Part shown: one piece after another, positions 42,871 to 55,614 of the stretch
Numbering within the stretch: the first letter of the stretch is position 1
Layout of the letters: every line of letters starts with the position of its first letter
NCBI GenBank assembly: GCA_951406725.2
Contig: OX597831.1
Coordinates: 37,324,001 to 37,388,000 of the forward strand
Reading direction: 5' to 3'
Origin: Octopus vulgaris
Taxonomy: Eukaryota
DNA: 64,000 nucleotides
The notes under the pieces: model-generated
Told to the model about the DNA's origin: nothing
Databases searched by the model: none
Seen by the model: the letters and a program-made list of their open reading frames with translations, nothing else
Position numbers and translations under genes: made by a program

Positions 42871-43763
42871 TTAATACGGCAATACTTTAAATACACGTTC
42901 TAACGTCTACTCAATTATATACCGTTATAGTTTAACATTGAAGGGTTTAGGGTGCTGCTGCCATATCTAGCAGAGCATGTAACCACTCACTTATATTCCA
43001 GTTTCTGGGTGATGCCAAACATTGGAATTCTTTTCACATAAATTTTCTTGCAAAATGTATACACAAAAATCGTTTCTAACAAAAATAAATTGGTTCTTTT
43101 ACCTGATTTCGACCATGTCCCAGAACACGCAAATGAAAGTGATACCAACATTGACCGTCTTGCGATTTATGTTTATTTCTGACTATATTATTGAATGAAA
43201 ATTTGTTGTTTAAATATATGAAGATGTAGTGTAAGAGGTTTTGGATGCAACAAAGGGTATCGGATGATGCGCTCATTAAAAGGACAAGTTATATGAACAT
43301 GGATGAGGGGACGAAAAGGGAGGAGGTAAAAGTATATATAGTTACAATTGCATAGATAGAAGCAATTTAAACAGGAACACAGATCCTTCCTTTATGAAAC
43401 ACTGAAGTTAGGGATAAGTTCCTCCTTTTTTAAGTTACTTAAATAATTCTTCAAAAACTGAATTATATTTCGTATCGACATACACGGTTTATTTTGTAGA
43501 GGCTTGTCTCGATGTCTCAGTATTAATGTACTGAAGGTTATCGCTTTATCGACATTTCGAAAGACGGGAAAACTTTTATTTAATACAGCATTACTTTAAA
43601 TACACGTTCCAACGTCTACTCAATTATATACCGTTATAGTTTAACATTGAAGGGTTTAGGGTGCTGCTGCCATATCTAGCAGAGCATGTAACCACTCACT
43701 TATATTCCAGTTTCTGGGTGATGCCAAACATTGGAATTCTTTTCACATAAATTTTCTTGCAAA
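42871..43763. repeat. Local 184-bp direct duplication (42871-43054 and 43580-43763)
   Basis: Near-identical copies read directly. Confidence 0.9.
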
Positions 43764-44763
43764 TATATATGCACATATATATACACTTGTACGTCCAAAC
43801 ATATACTTATATACATGTGCATGTACATACATATACTTATATACATGTGCATGTACATACATTTAAAGTAATGCTGTATTAAACACCAGTCCTTTAATAC
43901 AAATTGTCTGACTTTGAAGACAGAACTAATCGCACCTTCCATTCCGAGTTTCTTTCTATGGCGATATTTGGTAGTGATGTAAACACACAGAAAGTATTTC
44001 GTTCTTCATCCTCACTTTCCTTTGCAAGTACACCTGGAAACATTCGATGAAGGGTTCTCTGTAGTAAGGGTTGTGTAATATCAATTCTTTTTCATCTACG
44101 TCCATCATACCACTTTTTCACCATAACCTCTAGAAAGGGTAACATCATTTGCCTCGCCTTGTTAAACGAGGTTGGTGAGGGGAATAATGCGAGAGGAGTT
44201 ATAAATTGGGTCAAACAGACAACTGTTTTCTATCATGTTGTTCTCAGAATTGCAAGTAAATGCTTAGAATATTTGCAAGTAGTTTTACCATTTTCGTCGC
44301 ATTCAACCATCGTCTCAAAAATTCAATTGGAAAGAATCCACGCCCTTCTTCAAATTCATCTTCTTTCCTAAGTGGAACTAGAAAGGTCGATGAAAGCTTG
44401 CACGAAGTGAAAACTATTTACCTTCAAATAATGGAAGATAATAATTAAATGAAAATAGTTATAATTCTAGAATAATGAGAGTTCTTTGCGAATGCTGAAC
44501 AGGACAATTCACTTATGTTAATTATATGCTGATGAGTTCATCTAACAGCGTAGTAATGCACGTGAGTGCGCACAAATATTTGGGAATAAATTCGTTAATT
44601 CCGGTTACCATATACAAACATTGCAAAGCAAATGTCTTTTTTCAATTCCTATGAGCATGCGTCCAAAATTCAATTTCGTTTCTGTTTATTCACGACATGA
44701 ATGTGCGTCGGTTGGTGTCATTTACGGCAAACTCATTTCTTTTGAATATAATTCTATTTGTTC

Positions 44764-44794
<31 letters not shown>

Positions 44795-45566
44795 CTCGGA
44801 GTGAGTGCTTTTCCGTTTAATGCAAAATTAGTACTAATTAGTTCGCTTTAAATCGGTTTTAGTAGGCATTCATGTCAACAATTCCCATGGTATGGGAATT
44901 CGAGAGCGAGCCAGATGTCTGAAGTTCGCTATTTCAATCTAATGAAAACTTCCACCATTTTACAAGTAGGTTTCGAATACTATAACATTAATGGTACGCT
45001 TATTGATTCACGACGTTATTGTTGATAGAAACAAGTGTTTAGTTGTGTTGCATGTCTGGGTATATGAATAATTTCCCTATGAAATTGTGTATTATCAAAA
45101 ATGTCGGTAATTTTTGCGAACTTAAAACGGGGAAAATACTCGAATCGAATTCAAAATATATGATCGGAAATATTTTTCTTCTTTCTGTTGATGCTGTTCT
45201 TGGTCGTCCAACATTTTGTATAGTTTACTAGAAATATATTTCCAAACGACAAAACAAACAAACAAAATATCGAAGGCTGAATACGATAAACAAGGATGAA
45301 AATTTACATACTCACAGGAAAATACATAAACATATAAGCGAAAAAACTTGCAATGATCTCAAATGAGAGTCAATAAAAGTTAAAGTAAAAGAACTTATAT
45401 TCTAACAGTTTGTAGTAAGAGCTCTCTTCCATTATATTTCTTTCAACTTCTGTGTTTGCATAATTTCACAAATTTTTGTAATTCAGAAAGGTTCGAGGTT
45501 TTACTCTTGGCTGGAAAAAGAAATCTAAAACCCAACTGCATTCCTTAGCAATTTAATAATAATAAT

Positions 45567-45748
45567 ATTGAAAAATACCTTAGGAATGAGAACCTAGGTT
45601 CGAAATTTCCCCAAGACACCTGATGAAGGCTGGAGGGTATATCAGCTGAAACGCTGTGTTAGCAACAAACAAGATGATGACAAATATCCGTCAAATGTAA
45701 ATAATATAAATAATGTACATAATTCCTCATCTCTTAAATATAGAACTG
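45567..45748 (+). mobile_element. Penelope-like pLTR fragment with minimal hammerhead
   Basis: gacac-CTGATGA(45620)-a-ggctg-gagggtatat-cagct-GAAA-cg-CT-gtgtt; the cleavage triplet reads GCT, so this copy is probably mutated. Confidence 0.65.
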
Positions 45749-46189
45749 CAATTACATACTGTGGTAAATTTATCTTATTGGAACTCTTTTCTAAAAACTG
45801 TAATAAAATGGCGCAGCGCTGCTAGAGCTTCCCTAGATATTTAAAGTTTTAAAGTTGGCCTGGTTTTGAAGCAAAATGTCAATGTTAAGGGACAATACAA
45901 CCTTGTGGAGCTCTCCTTCCTTCAGAGTATTTATTACATTCGGAAAAATAAGTTATAAGCAAAAGACAGAGAAAATCCTATAAGATAAGATCAACCAGTT
46001 ACCGAACATTCGTCTTAAACTCAGCTCGTCTGGTAAATTATCAACGTTCTACATTTTCACTTATGGAACTATGGCGTTTAACTGAACCCTCCTCTCGTAA
46101 GTCTTGTCATACAGCTTGCAGTCGTGACTGAGACAGCTAAGTCAATTGAAAATTGCTCAATCGGTTATCTTCCATGAATTCGAATTTGT

Positions 46190-46404
46190 TTAAAATTTTG
46201 GCACAAGGCCAATTATTTTGAGGAAGGTGATAAGTTTTATTATATCGTGTTCAGTGCTGAACTAATACTTATTTATTTTATTAACGCCGAAAGAATGAAA
46301 GAAAAGTTCGATCTGGAAGGAATTTGAAATCAGATCTTAAAGGCGGACGTTATGTCGCTAAACACTTTGCCCGACGTGCTAACAATTCTGCCAGATTACC
46401 GCCT
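46190..46404 (-). mobile_element. SINE family B, old copy
   Basis: ttttggcacaaggcca ... gaatttgaa ... cgtgctaacaattctgccag. Confidence 0.65.
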
Positions 46405-46769
46405 TAAAGCATGAATAGATAGATATTGCAACATGCATACAGACATCTACATACCAATATTACCAACAGCAAGAAATATATCCGCGTTTGATACGTGCAT
46501 TCAGACCGATGACTGCATTGGTGTATGTTCCTTGCATATTCTCGTTTAAGTAATATGGCGATGAAATAAAAGCCCAATTTCCGAAGACATAGAAAGAATT
46601 TTCTAGAATAACGTAATGGAAAAACATGTATCATTAATTATAAATTCCTTCGTTGTCACAGAGTACACGTACTCCAGTTTTAGTAAGATGTTTCAAAGAT
46701 GAAAAATGACGAAGAGCCCTTTGTTGATTATTTACAATCATAAGAACATATTCAAATATAATTTATATA

Positions 46770-47202
46770 GGTGCAGGAGTGGCTGTGTGGTAAGTAGCTT
46801 GCTTACCAACCACATGTTTCCGGTAAATAGCTTGGTTACCAACCACATGTTTCTGTGTGGCACCTCGGCCAAGTGTCTTCTACTGTAGCCTCGGGCCGAC
46901 CAGAGCCTTTTGAGTGGATTTGGTAGACGGAAACTGAAAGAAGCTCGTCGTATATATGTACATATATGTATATGTATTTGTGTGTATATGTTTGTGTGTC
47001 TGTGTTTGTCTCCCCAATATCGCTTGACAACTGATGCTGGTGTGTTTACGTCCACGTAACATAGCTGTTCGGCAAAAGACAACCGATAGAATAAGTACTA
47101 AGCTTACAAAGAATAAGTTCGGGGGTCGATTTGCTCGACTAAATGCGGTGCTCCAGCATGGCCGCATTCAAATGACTGAAACAAGTAAAAGAGTAAAAGA
47201 GT
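46770..47202 (+). mobile_element. SINE family A with a tandem duplication in the head and loss of the B-box
   Basis: ggtaagtagcttgcttaccaaccacatgtttc repeated twice, then jumps to gtggcacc. Confidence 0.9.
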
Positions 47203-47681
47203 GAATGGTTTTATGTGGTTTCGATTTGTCAAAGCATAGACATAAATAACCACTCCCTCATCTGGAAATCACGCTTCTTAACATCTGAGCAGCAGAGATG
47301 ATTCCTCGGGACGCATTGTGTCCTTGAGCAAGTTTCTTTATCTCACGAAGCTTCCGTTAACTAAGCTGATAAAAAATGTGTTGTGCTGAAAATTCGAGGT
47401 TGAGCCTCGTCACATTTTATGACAAGCTGAATCTCCCTGAGAACTACTTTAAGATTGTGCGCGTCTTTGGAGTGCTCAACCACTTACACATTAATTTTAC
47501 GAGCAGGCTATTTCGTTGATCGGTTGAATTAGGACACTTATCAACGTAACCAACAGAGGGCCAGTTAATTATATAGATATGTATGCATGTATGTAAGTAC
47601 GTACGTATGTATGTGTGCATGTATGTATGTATGAAAGTATGTATGTATGTATGTATGTATGTATGCGCGTGTGTCGGTATA

Positions 47682-47895
47682 CGTGGGGTACTGAAAAGTT
47701 CTTGGATTTAAGGGTAACACAAAATTCCTGGCTGGAGGCCCAAACTTTTGAGTTGTTTTTCAAGCTGAAAAAAACTGAAGGATCACTGCAATAAGTTTGT
47801 GAACCTGAGAGGGAAATATGTTGAATAATATGATAATTAAGTGATCCTACAGTATTTTCTTTTATCCAAAGCAATAAACTTTTCAGCACGCACTC

Positions 47896-47896
<1 letters not shown>
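47682..47896 (+). mobile_element. Mariner-derived MITE
   Basis: TA|CGTGGGGTACTGAAAAGTT ... AACTTTTCAGCACGCACTCG|TA; encodes KLKDHCNKFVNLRGKYVE*, resembling a mariner transposase C-terminus. Confidence 0.8.
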
Positions 47897-47951
<55 letters not shown>

Positions 47952-48984
47952 AAATTGTGAGTGTAACTTAAATACCATCTTGATGTAAGCGTGAGTGAAA
48001 AGCAAACCTCCAATTCTATTCTTTGTTTTGTTCAGCCAACTGGTCAAACCCCATTCAACTTTTATGACTCTCAAGGACGGATCTACAATATACAGGAAAA
48101 TATTTCCCTTTATACAATAAAAAAACGTCTCATCTGGTCCTACCTACGACCAATATTATTTTTCATATCTTAGCCTATGTGAAGTTTATTGCATTGATAA
48201 AACTATTGTGAAAAATATAGCCGTATGCCTAAATTTATTATTTTGTCTCTGCCTCAATAACCAGTAGTAGTATTGGTTTGTAATTAATAAAGGAATTATT
48301 TTCGTTCAGTGACACGAAATTCTTCTTATTCCCTGGTGAAGACACGTTTTGTCTCTACTTGTATGCACATGCATTATATAAAATTTGAAACTTTCGTCTC
48401 ATTCCCCACGAGAATATATGAAAGTTTAGGTTCTTTGAACCGTTAATCTCTTGTCTGCTTTGTTTAAATATTTATACTTTCTCGAATATTATAGCATTTT
48501 TATTGTTTCTTTTAACATGATAACTTGCTATATGAAACTTTTTCAATTGATTCACAAATATATATTTTCCTCTAGTTTCATACATTTGAGAAGAGTGCAC
48601 CGCAGAACAAATTGTAAGCAGCCGATGGGTCAGTTTCGATTTTCTGTTCAATTGTTTATTATCATTAATGCATTCACACAAAGTGGCAAGGTTGCAGAAT
48701 TAGTGCCATTGCTTCCAACTTATTATGTTCTGACTTCAAATTCAACCGGGGTTGCCTTGGCCTTTTATTCTTTCAAGGATCAATGAAATAAGTACTAGTA
48801 CTCATAAGTACTAGTTTATCACTGGAATCGAAGTGGTCGACTACTTCTTTTTTTTTGTCCTACGGTGGCTGCAATTCTGCCAATGTTTGAAACCATTATC
48901 AATCTGATCACGTACGACGGTGATCTGGGAAAATCATTAGAGCATCAGTCAAAAATAAATTCCAGTTACCTCTTTAGATTCTTA

Positions 48985-49372
48985 ATTCCTTATTTCTTTA
49001 TTGCCCACAAGGGGCTAAAGATAGAGGGGACAAACATCGACCCCAGTGCGTTATTGGTTGTTAATTCATCTACCCCGAAAGGATAAAAGGCAAAGTCGAC
49101 CTCGGTCGAACTTGAACTCAGAACGTAACGGCAGACGAAATACCTATTTCTTTATTACCCACAAGGGGCTAAACACAGAGGGGACAAACAAGGACAGACA
49201 TAGGTATTAAGTCGATTACATCGACCCCAGTGCGTAACTGGTACTTAATTTATCGACCCCGAAAGGATGAAAGGCAAAGTCGACCTCGGCGGAATTTGAA
49301 CTCACAACGTAACGCAGACGAAATACCGCTAAACTTTTCGCCCGGTGTGCTAACGATTCTGCTAGCTCGCTT
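48985..49372 (-). mobile_element. SINE family B dimer
   Basis: Head gcgagctagcagaatcgttagcac; two cores; both end in ccccttgtggg.aataaagaaata. Confidence 0.9.
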
Positions 49373-50484
49373 AAATCTTACCATTTTACATCAGCTTTCA
49401 ATTTTCAAGGTCGGTAGAACGGTGTTCCAGTCTGAGATAAAGATCGATGATATTTCCTAACGTCCCTTAATGGAAACTACTGGTCTTTTGACTAAATTTG
49501 AAACGTTTACTTATGCATTGATTCGAGGTGAGTGTGTTGACAGAATCGATCAACATTGAATTAGCGGTAGAATCACCGACAAGAGCAGCATCTCAAGTTG
49601 TAATGCCCGAGTATCTAACGACATTAACTGTTTCGCATAACGAATTCACTTATACATAGATATGCACGCCATTATCATACAATTGCACAGGGGATTAATT
49701 CTCTCTGAAATTCTAAGTTGAAGATCAAAGATAAAATTCGAAAAAAAATTTCTAAGTAATCAGTATGCGTGTTACTTCTTAAAAGATAAATTAAACACAA
49801 ATAACAACAGCAACAACAAATTTTGCAACACAGGCTAATTGAAGAAATGCGATTATGTATTGTTTAAGTTGCAGGACTGCACTGACACAAGTGACTTTAA
49901 AAAATGCTGTGAAAACAAAAATGTGTGCAATAAAGAAAATGGGAATGCATTGTGGCATCCGTTGCGCTTGTTGTTATTGTATGCTCCTTCTATCAAAACA
50001 CCAAACATCCCACATACTTTGTAACTGAACTTCCGAACCGGAAGCTTTTTCATGAGGACAAAGCGTTCATTTTTTCTAGTTGTTGCCGTCATTGTTTCTG
50101 TCGTAGTTGTTATTATTATTATTATTATTATTACTATCTTCACCAATGCAACCCCAACACCACTCCCAAACACCATCCCACACCACCCTCCTCCGCCTCC
50201 ACATCGTCATACCAATCATCATCATCATTGCACTTTTCTTGTAAAGAAACGGTGATTTGGATATTAAAAGAAATGTAACCACAACATGATTTCTCGCTAG
50301 TTTGTGACGTATAGTGATCCTCAATTTTGGGCCATTGTGTCCTGGAATTCGCATAGCCGATCCATTTTTTGCTTCCACGTCATTTACCACATTTTATTCA
50401 CATTGTTTCCCCTCAAAGTGTATCCGATTTATTCAATTTTTTAAAATAGTTTTCTCAATTCTCATTTTTCTTATTCCTTTCTTA

Positions 50485-50562
50485 CTATTATTATTATTAT
50501 TATTATCATTATTATTATTATTATCATTATTATTACTATTATCATTATTAACATTATTATTA

Positions 50563-50644
<82 letters not shown>
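50485..50644. repeat. (TTA)n microsatellite
   Basis: Direct reading. Confidence 0.95.
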
Positions 50645-50645
<1 letters not shown>

Positions 50646-50947
50646 TCGCTAATTTTCTGGCAGATCAATGCTGCGTTTCCGTTTCTGAACAACAATATTG
50701 TTTAAATTTAGGAAGAGAAAACAACGGAAAGACATGCTTTTTTTTTCCAAGCCACTGAACGTCATTTTTCTAAATGTATAACTTCGATAATAATGAATCA
50801 GAAGAACTGATAAATAAATTTATAAAATACTCTTTCTCTAAACAGTAGTTTCATTATTCTGTTTTTTATTCCCTAGGTTCAAATTACGCTGAGTTCAACT
50901 TAGCCATTAAACAACAAGTAACTTTAGATGCCAAGAACCCTCCTATG

Positions 50948-51010
<63 letters not shown>

Positions 51011-51566
51011 GAGTGGAAGAGCAGCACATGCAATCAAAGTGACACTGGGGTAATATATATGAAACTAAGTATACCCATCATGGCTACCCGTCTGATGAGG
51101 GTACACCAGGCACATGCATCACAACCATATGTGCGCGACATGGTGATCTCATATCAAGATAAACAGCGCACGACCTTCCAGGTGGGGCCCACTTTGAATT
51201 TTCTTCTGGTCGAGTAGCCCTTATCACTCAAAAGGTCCTTGAATAAGGATTGTTTAAGGATGTTGAACGAAACACCCATGTTTCCAAAGATGAATTATCC
51301 AAACCCCCAAGAATTCCTATCAACACACGGCAATGATGCTTCCCCACTACTTCTACTCGTAGTCAGAGATGCAAATATCGTCAGCTACTAAGGGACATGG
51401 TCAACTGGTTAAAGGCAAACAACTGACAAGCAAATCTGTGGTATTGAGCAGAATATTTGCAGTAACCCATCTTTTATACCAAGGCAAAACAATGTACATG
51501 ATAACACTTCCAATCAGTTAAGATCAGAAGCCACGAGAGACACTGTCTGGTACTGTATCAGGGCAT
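51011..51566. mobile_element. 556-bp non-coding insertion within a (TTA)n tract
   Basis: Sharp boundaries against TTA repeats on both sides, higher GC than the flanks, no credible ORF. Confidence 0.55.
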
Positions 51567-52164
51567 TTATTATTATCCTTATTATTATTATTATTATCCT
51601 TTTTATCATTATTATTATTTTTTTTTTCTTTCTATTTTTATTATTATTATTATTACATCTTGTTGCTCTACTCATTTTGTCTACTCTTAGCTCCCAAAAG
51701 AGCCCATTTTTCTTTTGCTGTCAATTTTGCTGGGAAATTGACATCTGACACCGAAGAACGTTTTATTTCTTTTGCACTGAAGGCAACCCTGTACTGATCG
51801 CTAACGAGATAAAGTAATGTTTATGTCTAAGCAAAGAAAAAAAAAATTCCTTTAAAAAAATACGAATGTGAATAACACGATTATAATATCCGTGATGAAT
51901 CAGTTGAGAAAGAGAAGTGATAAATGATAATATGAGGGAGGAAAACCGTTCTACAAATATGGGTCTCAGAACGAAGAATAGTGTGGCTTCTAGATTAATG
52001 ATACTTGACCAGAAATGGCCTGAACTCTTTGCACGAACACCCTCCCTGAACAGAACTCCCTGTCCACCTACATGGCCTTGCGTTTTGCTTTTTGAGCCAA
52101 AAAATTAACTTAACTTAACTTAAATAATTTTGTGTCCCTGAGATACGGTATCTCGTTGATTAAT

Positions 52165-52372
52165 TGGTTTAAATTTTGTCACAAAGTCAGCGATTTCGGG
52201 GAAGGTTTCGATTATATCGACTGCTGTGTTCAACTAGAATTTCTTTTATTGAACCCGAAAGGAAGAAAGGCATGGTCAACTTCGGCGGAATTTGAACTCA
52301 GGACATAAAGACATGCGAAATGCCGCTAAAAATTTCGTCCGATGAACTAAAGATTGTGCCAGCTGGCCGTCT
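52165..52372 (-). mobile_element. SINE family B, diverged
   Basis: cccgaaagga.gaaaggca.ggtcaacttcggcggaatttgaactcag. Confidence 0.75.
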
Positions 52373-52909
52373 AATTATGATAATATTAATATATCTATTA
52401 ATATGTTAAAATTCAAACCATCTAGACAAATGCTGAAACATCGACAAAAGCATAACAGTCACAATTGAGTCCAAGAAAAGAAATTTGGGTAATCTAAAAA
52501 TTAAGTAATCTATCCTCATAGACAGAGCAGTGCCCCAAGTTAACAACACACTAGAGGCTGGTATTCAACATAATATTTAGCTACATCTGAATGCGTGTAG
52601 GTTCATCTTTGATAACATGCTCATGTATTATTTTCGAAGGCGAAAAAAGGTAACTGCACGTATAATACATAACTTAGAAGCAGCGTTACGGATGTACCAG
52701 CACAAACGAGCTTGAAACATGGCTGCCCTCACGCATTTCTCATGAGGAATTCCGGAAGGAAATTCGTGAGACCACTGCAGAGACGCTTCCGGGAAAAAGC
52801 CTTTAGAAAACCGATTTTAGTAGTGACTCGATCAATTCCTAGGGATATTTGAAGAAGGAACTTTTATATTCCAAAATATTATATCAGACTATTATATCAG
52901 ATATATATA

Positions 52910-53327
52910 GGTGCAGTAGTGGCTGTGTGGTAAGTAGCTTGTTTACCAACCACATGGTTCCGGGTTCAGTCCCACTGCGTGGCATCTTGGGCAAGTGTCT
53001 TCTGCTGTAGCCCCGGGCCGACCAATGCCTTGTGAGTGGATTTGGTAGACGGAAACTAAACGAAGCCTGTCGTATATGTATATATATATATGTGTGTGTG
53101 TGTGTTTCTGTGTCTGTGTTTGTCCCCCTAGCATTGCTTGACAACCGATGCTGGTGTGTTTACATCCCCGTCACTTAGCGGTTCGGCAAAAGAGACCGAT
53201 AGAATAAGTACTGGGCTTACAAAAAAAAAACAATAATTTCCGGGGTCGAGTTGCTCGACTAAAGGCGGTGCTCCAGCATGGCCGCAGTCAAATGACTGAA
53301 ACAAGTAAAAGAGTAAAGAGTAAAGAG
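52910..53327 (+). mobile_element. SINE family A, full length, relatively young
   Basis: Complete head (tggctgtgtggtaag; gggttcagtccc), ggcatcttgggcaagtgtctt CORE-like motif, (GTAAAGA)n tail. Confidence 0.92.
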
Positions 53328-54253
53328 AGACTATGGATGATTAAATTACAACAGTTATTATAGTCCAGTGTTGTTATTGTAGAGCATGGTTGTGCCATTC
53401 AAAACACATTATTTTTTATTAAACTTATTTATAAACGTAGGTGTGGCTGTGTGGTAAGTTGCTTCCTTACCAACCACATGGTCTAGCATATAAAAAAAAA
53501 CTCATTTCAATTTTAATTTTAAATAAATACGTTCTCAAACCGCCAAAGGCTACTGCAGTGAATTATTTCATGCAGTATTATTTCCGATAATTTAGCGCGC
53601 CAAAACGAAGACTTTTGAAAAATAGCCACAAATGTAATAGGTACAACTGCATGCATTTTCGACCTCGTGTTGATGTCTGGTGTGTAGTTCTTCAAATTAT
53701 ATTTGTATGGACGATCATACTGAAGATCTGCAGAAAAATTATGTAAGTAAAATTACGTAATTTGTTGATAGTGAAACATTTGTTTATGATTAATCTATAT
53801 TTTTGTTACTTTTTATTTGTGTTGCTCGCTTACGTTTCTGATGTTTGCTATATTTTTTAGAGAACAATTCTTAGTGGTTAAGACCATAGCGGATCTTCTT
53901 CTAGCATAAGGGTTTCCACAAAGTGGTAAATTCCCTCTTATATGTATGTAATATATATATACATACATACAAATGTTCCATATCTATTCACGAACATCAA
54001 TTTGCAGCAGCATGCCTATGCTAGAAATTCGATATATAAGCAGGAAAGTTATTTAAATTGAAGAAAAAAAAATCTCGATGATTTGCAGAGATGCAAAAGC
54101 AACGTAAATCTTAAAAGCTGTTTATACTTCGTATAACATCAAAGTGCAAAGATCAAATTTTAATTTCTCTTGATATGGCATATATGTACATCGAGTGTTC
54201 CGATGTGTACAGATGAAACTTCTGACATATGTGGAGAGAAATTGAAAGATTTA

Positions 54254-54797
54254 TCTCTCTCGTCTGTATCTATGACATTTTGCCCTTGTAAAAATAATAA
54301 AATCGATATATTTCTTTTTCCTTTTAAACTCAACTACCAAGAAATATTGGTTTCTTATAATTTAGATAGAAATCCAGTATATTACAGTTATATAAATTAC
54401 CAAATACTAATGTCTCTGGTTTTATAAACGGTATTAATATTTACATCACATAAATTTATATCCTTTCCCATGAAAATAACTGTTGGGGTTCATAATGGTC
54501 GAAAAACTGGGTTTTCGTTTGTTTTCTCTCTCGTCTATATCTATGACATTTTGCCCTTGTAAAAATAATAAAATCGATATATTTCTTTTTCCTTTTAAAC
54601 TCAACTACCAAGAAATATTGGTTTCTTATAATTTAGAACAGAAATCCAGTATATTACGGTTATATAAATTACCAAATACTAATGTCTCTGGTTTTATAAA
54701 CGGTATTAATATTTACATCACATAAATTTATATCCTTTCCCATAAAAATAACTGTTGGGGTTCATAATGGTCGAAAAATTGGGTTTCCATTTGTTTC
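54254..54797. repeat. Tandem duplication, 271-bp period, 2 copies
   Basis: tctctctcgtct.tatctatgacattttgccc begins at 54254 and 54525. Confidence 0.92.
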
Positions 54798-55527
54798 CTC
54801 AGTCACATAACAGAGCAGACGACAAATGTGGTGGAGATATACTTACATAATGTTTCCTGCTGTAGGATCGAATATTTTACTCAGGTTATATTTCTTGGCC
54901 ATACTGGGGAACTTCCTTGATGGGCTTTCGTCGAAAGAATCGACCTAGCCGTTATATTTTCCTAAGCCTGGTCTTTATTCTATCGGCCCATTTTAAGTGA
55001 TTAATGAGACACTTGAGAGTTTCAAAAGATTTATTAATGATTCTTTCATTGAATATCAAAGACGTGCCAGAGATTGATACGATTCATTAAACAACGCCCA
55101 GTACCACTTTGGTGTTGCACTTTCAGCACAAAAAATAATTCTCCTAATGCCAAATAGCTGATCTAGTCTTCTATGATGGCTATAATACGGTCAGTAAGAG
55201 CTCTATAACAAACCGTTTGTGTTTATTGCATAAAATGAGTACAGAAATTGAATGGAAAGTTTTAAATTACTAGATTTTAAACAAAACATGGCCCAGGCGT
55301 CTAAGAATATGCTCACATTTACCTGTTGGCTTCACCTTAAAGGAGTTTGCCTTAAATCCTAACTAACTGTTGTAAAAAAAAAATTAAAGGAAGTTAACAT
55401 TTGAGTAATGTGGTCAAAAGTGAAATGTTCACCATTGCAGAAAGACGGATATAGCCATGACTGAAACGCCTGTGATCACTGTCTCGATTACACAGGGCCA
55501 ATTGCAGGGAAGATACACTACAAAAAT

Positions 55528-55528
55528 A

Positions 55529-55613
<85 letters not shown>
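55528..55613. repeat. (TAC)n microsatellite
   Basis: Direct reading. Confidence 0.95.

Positions 55614-55614
<1 letters not shown>

Noticed and set aside
43870-44430. Complex-looking unique sequence as a possible exon or TE ORF
   Set aside because: Manual minus-strand translation gave short frames with no recognisable motif; the + ORFs are also uninformative
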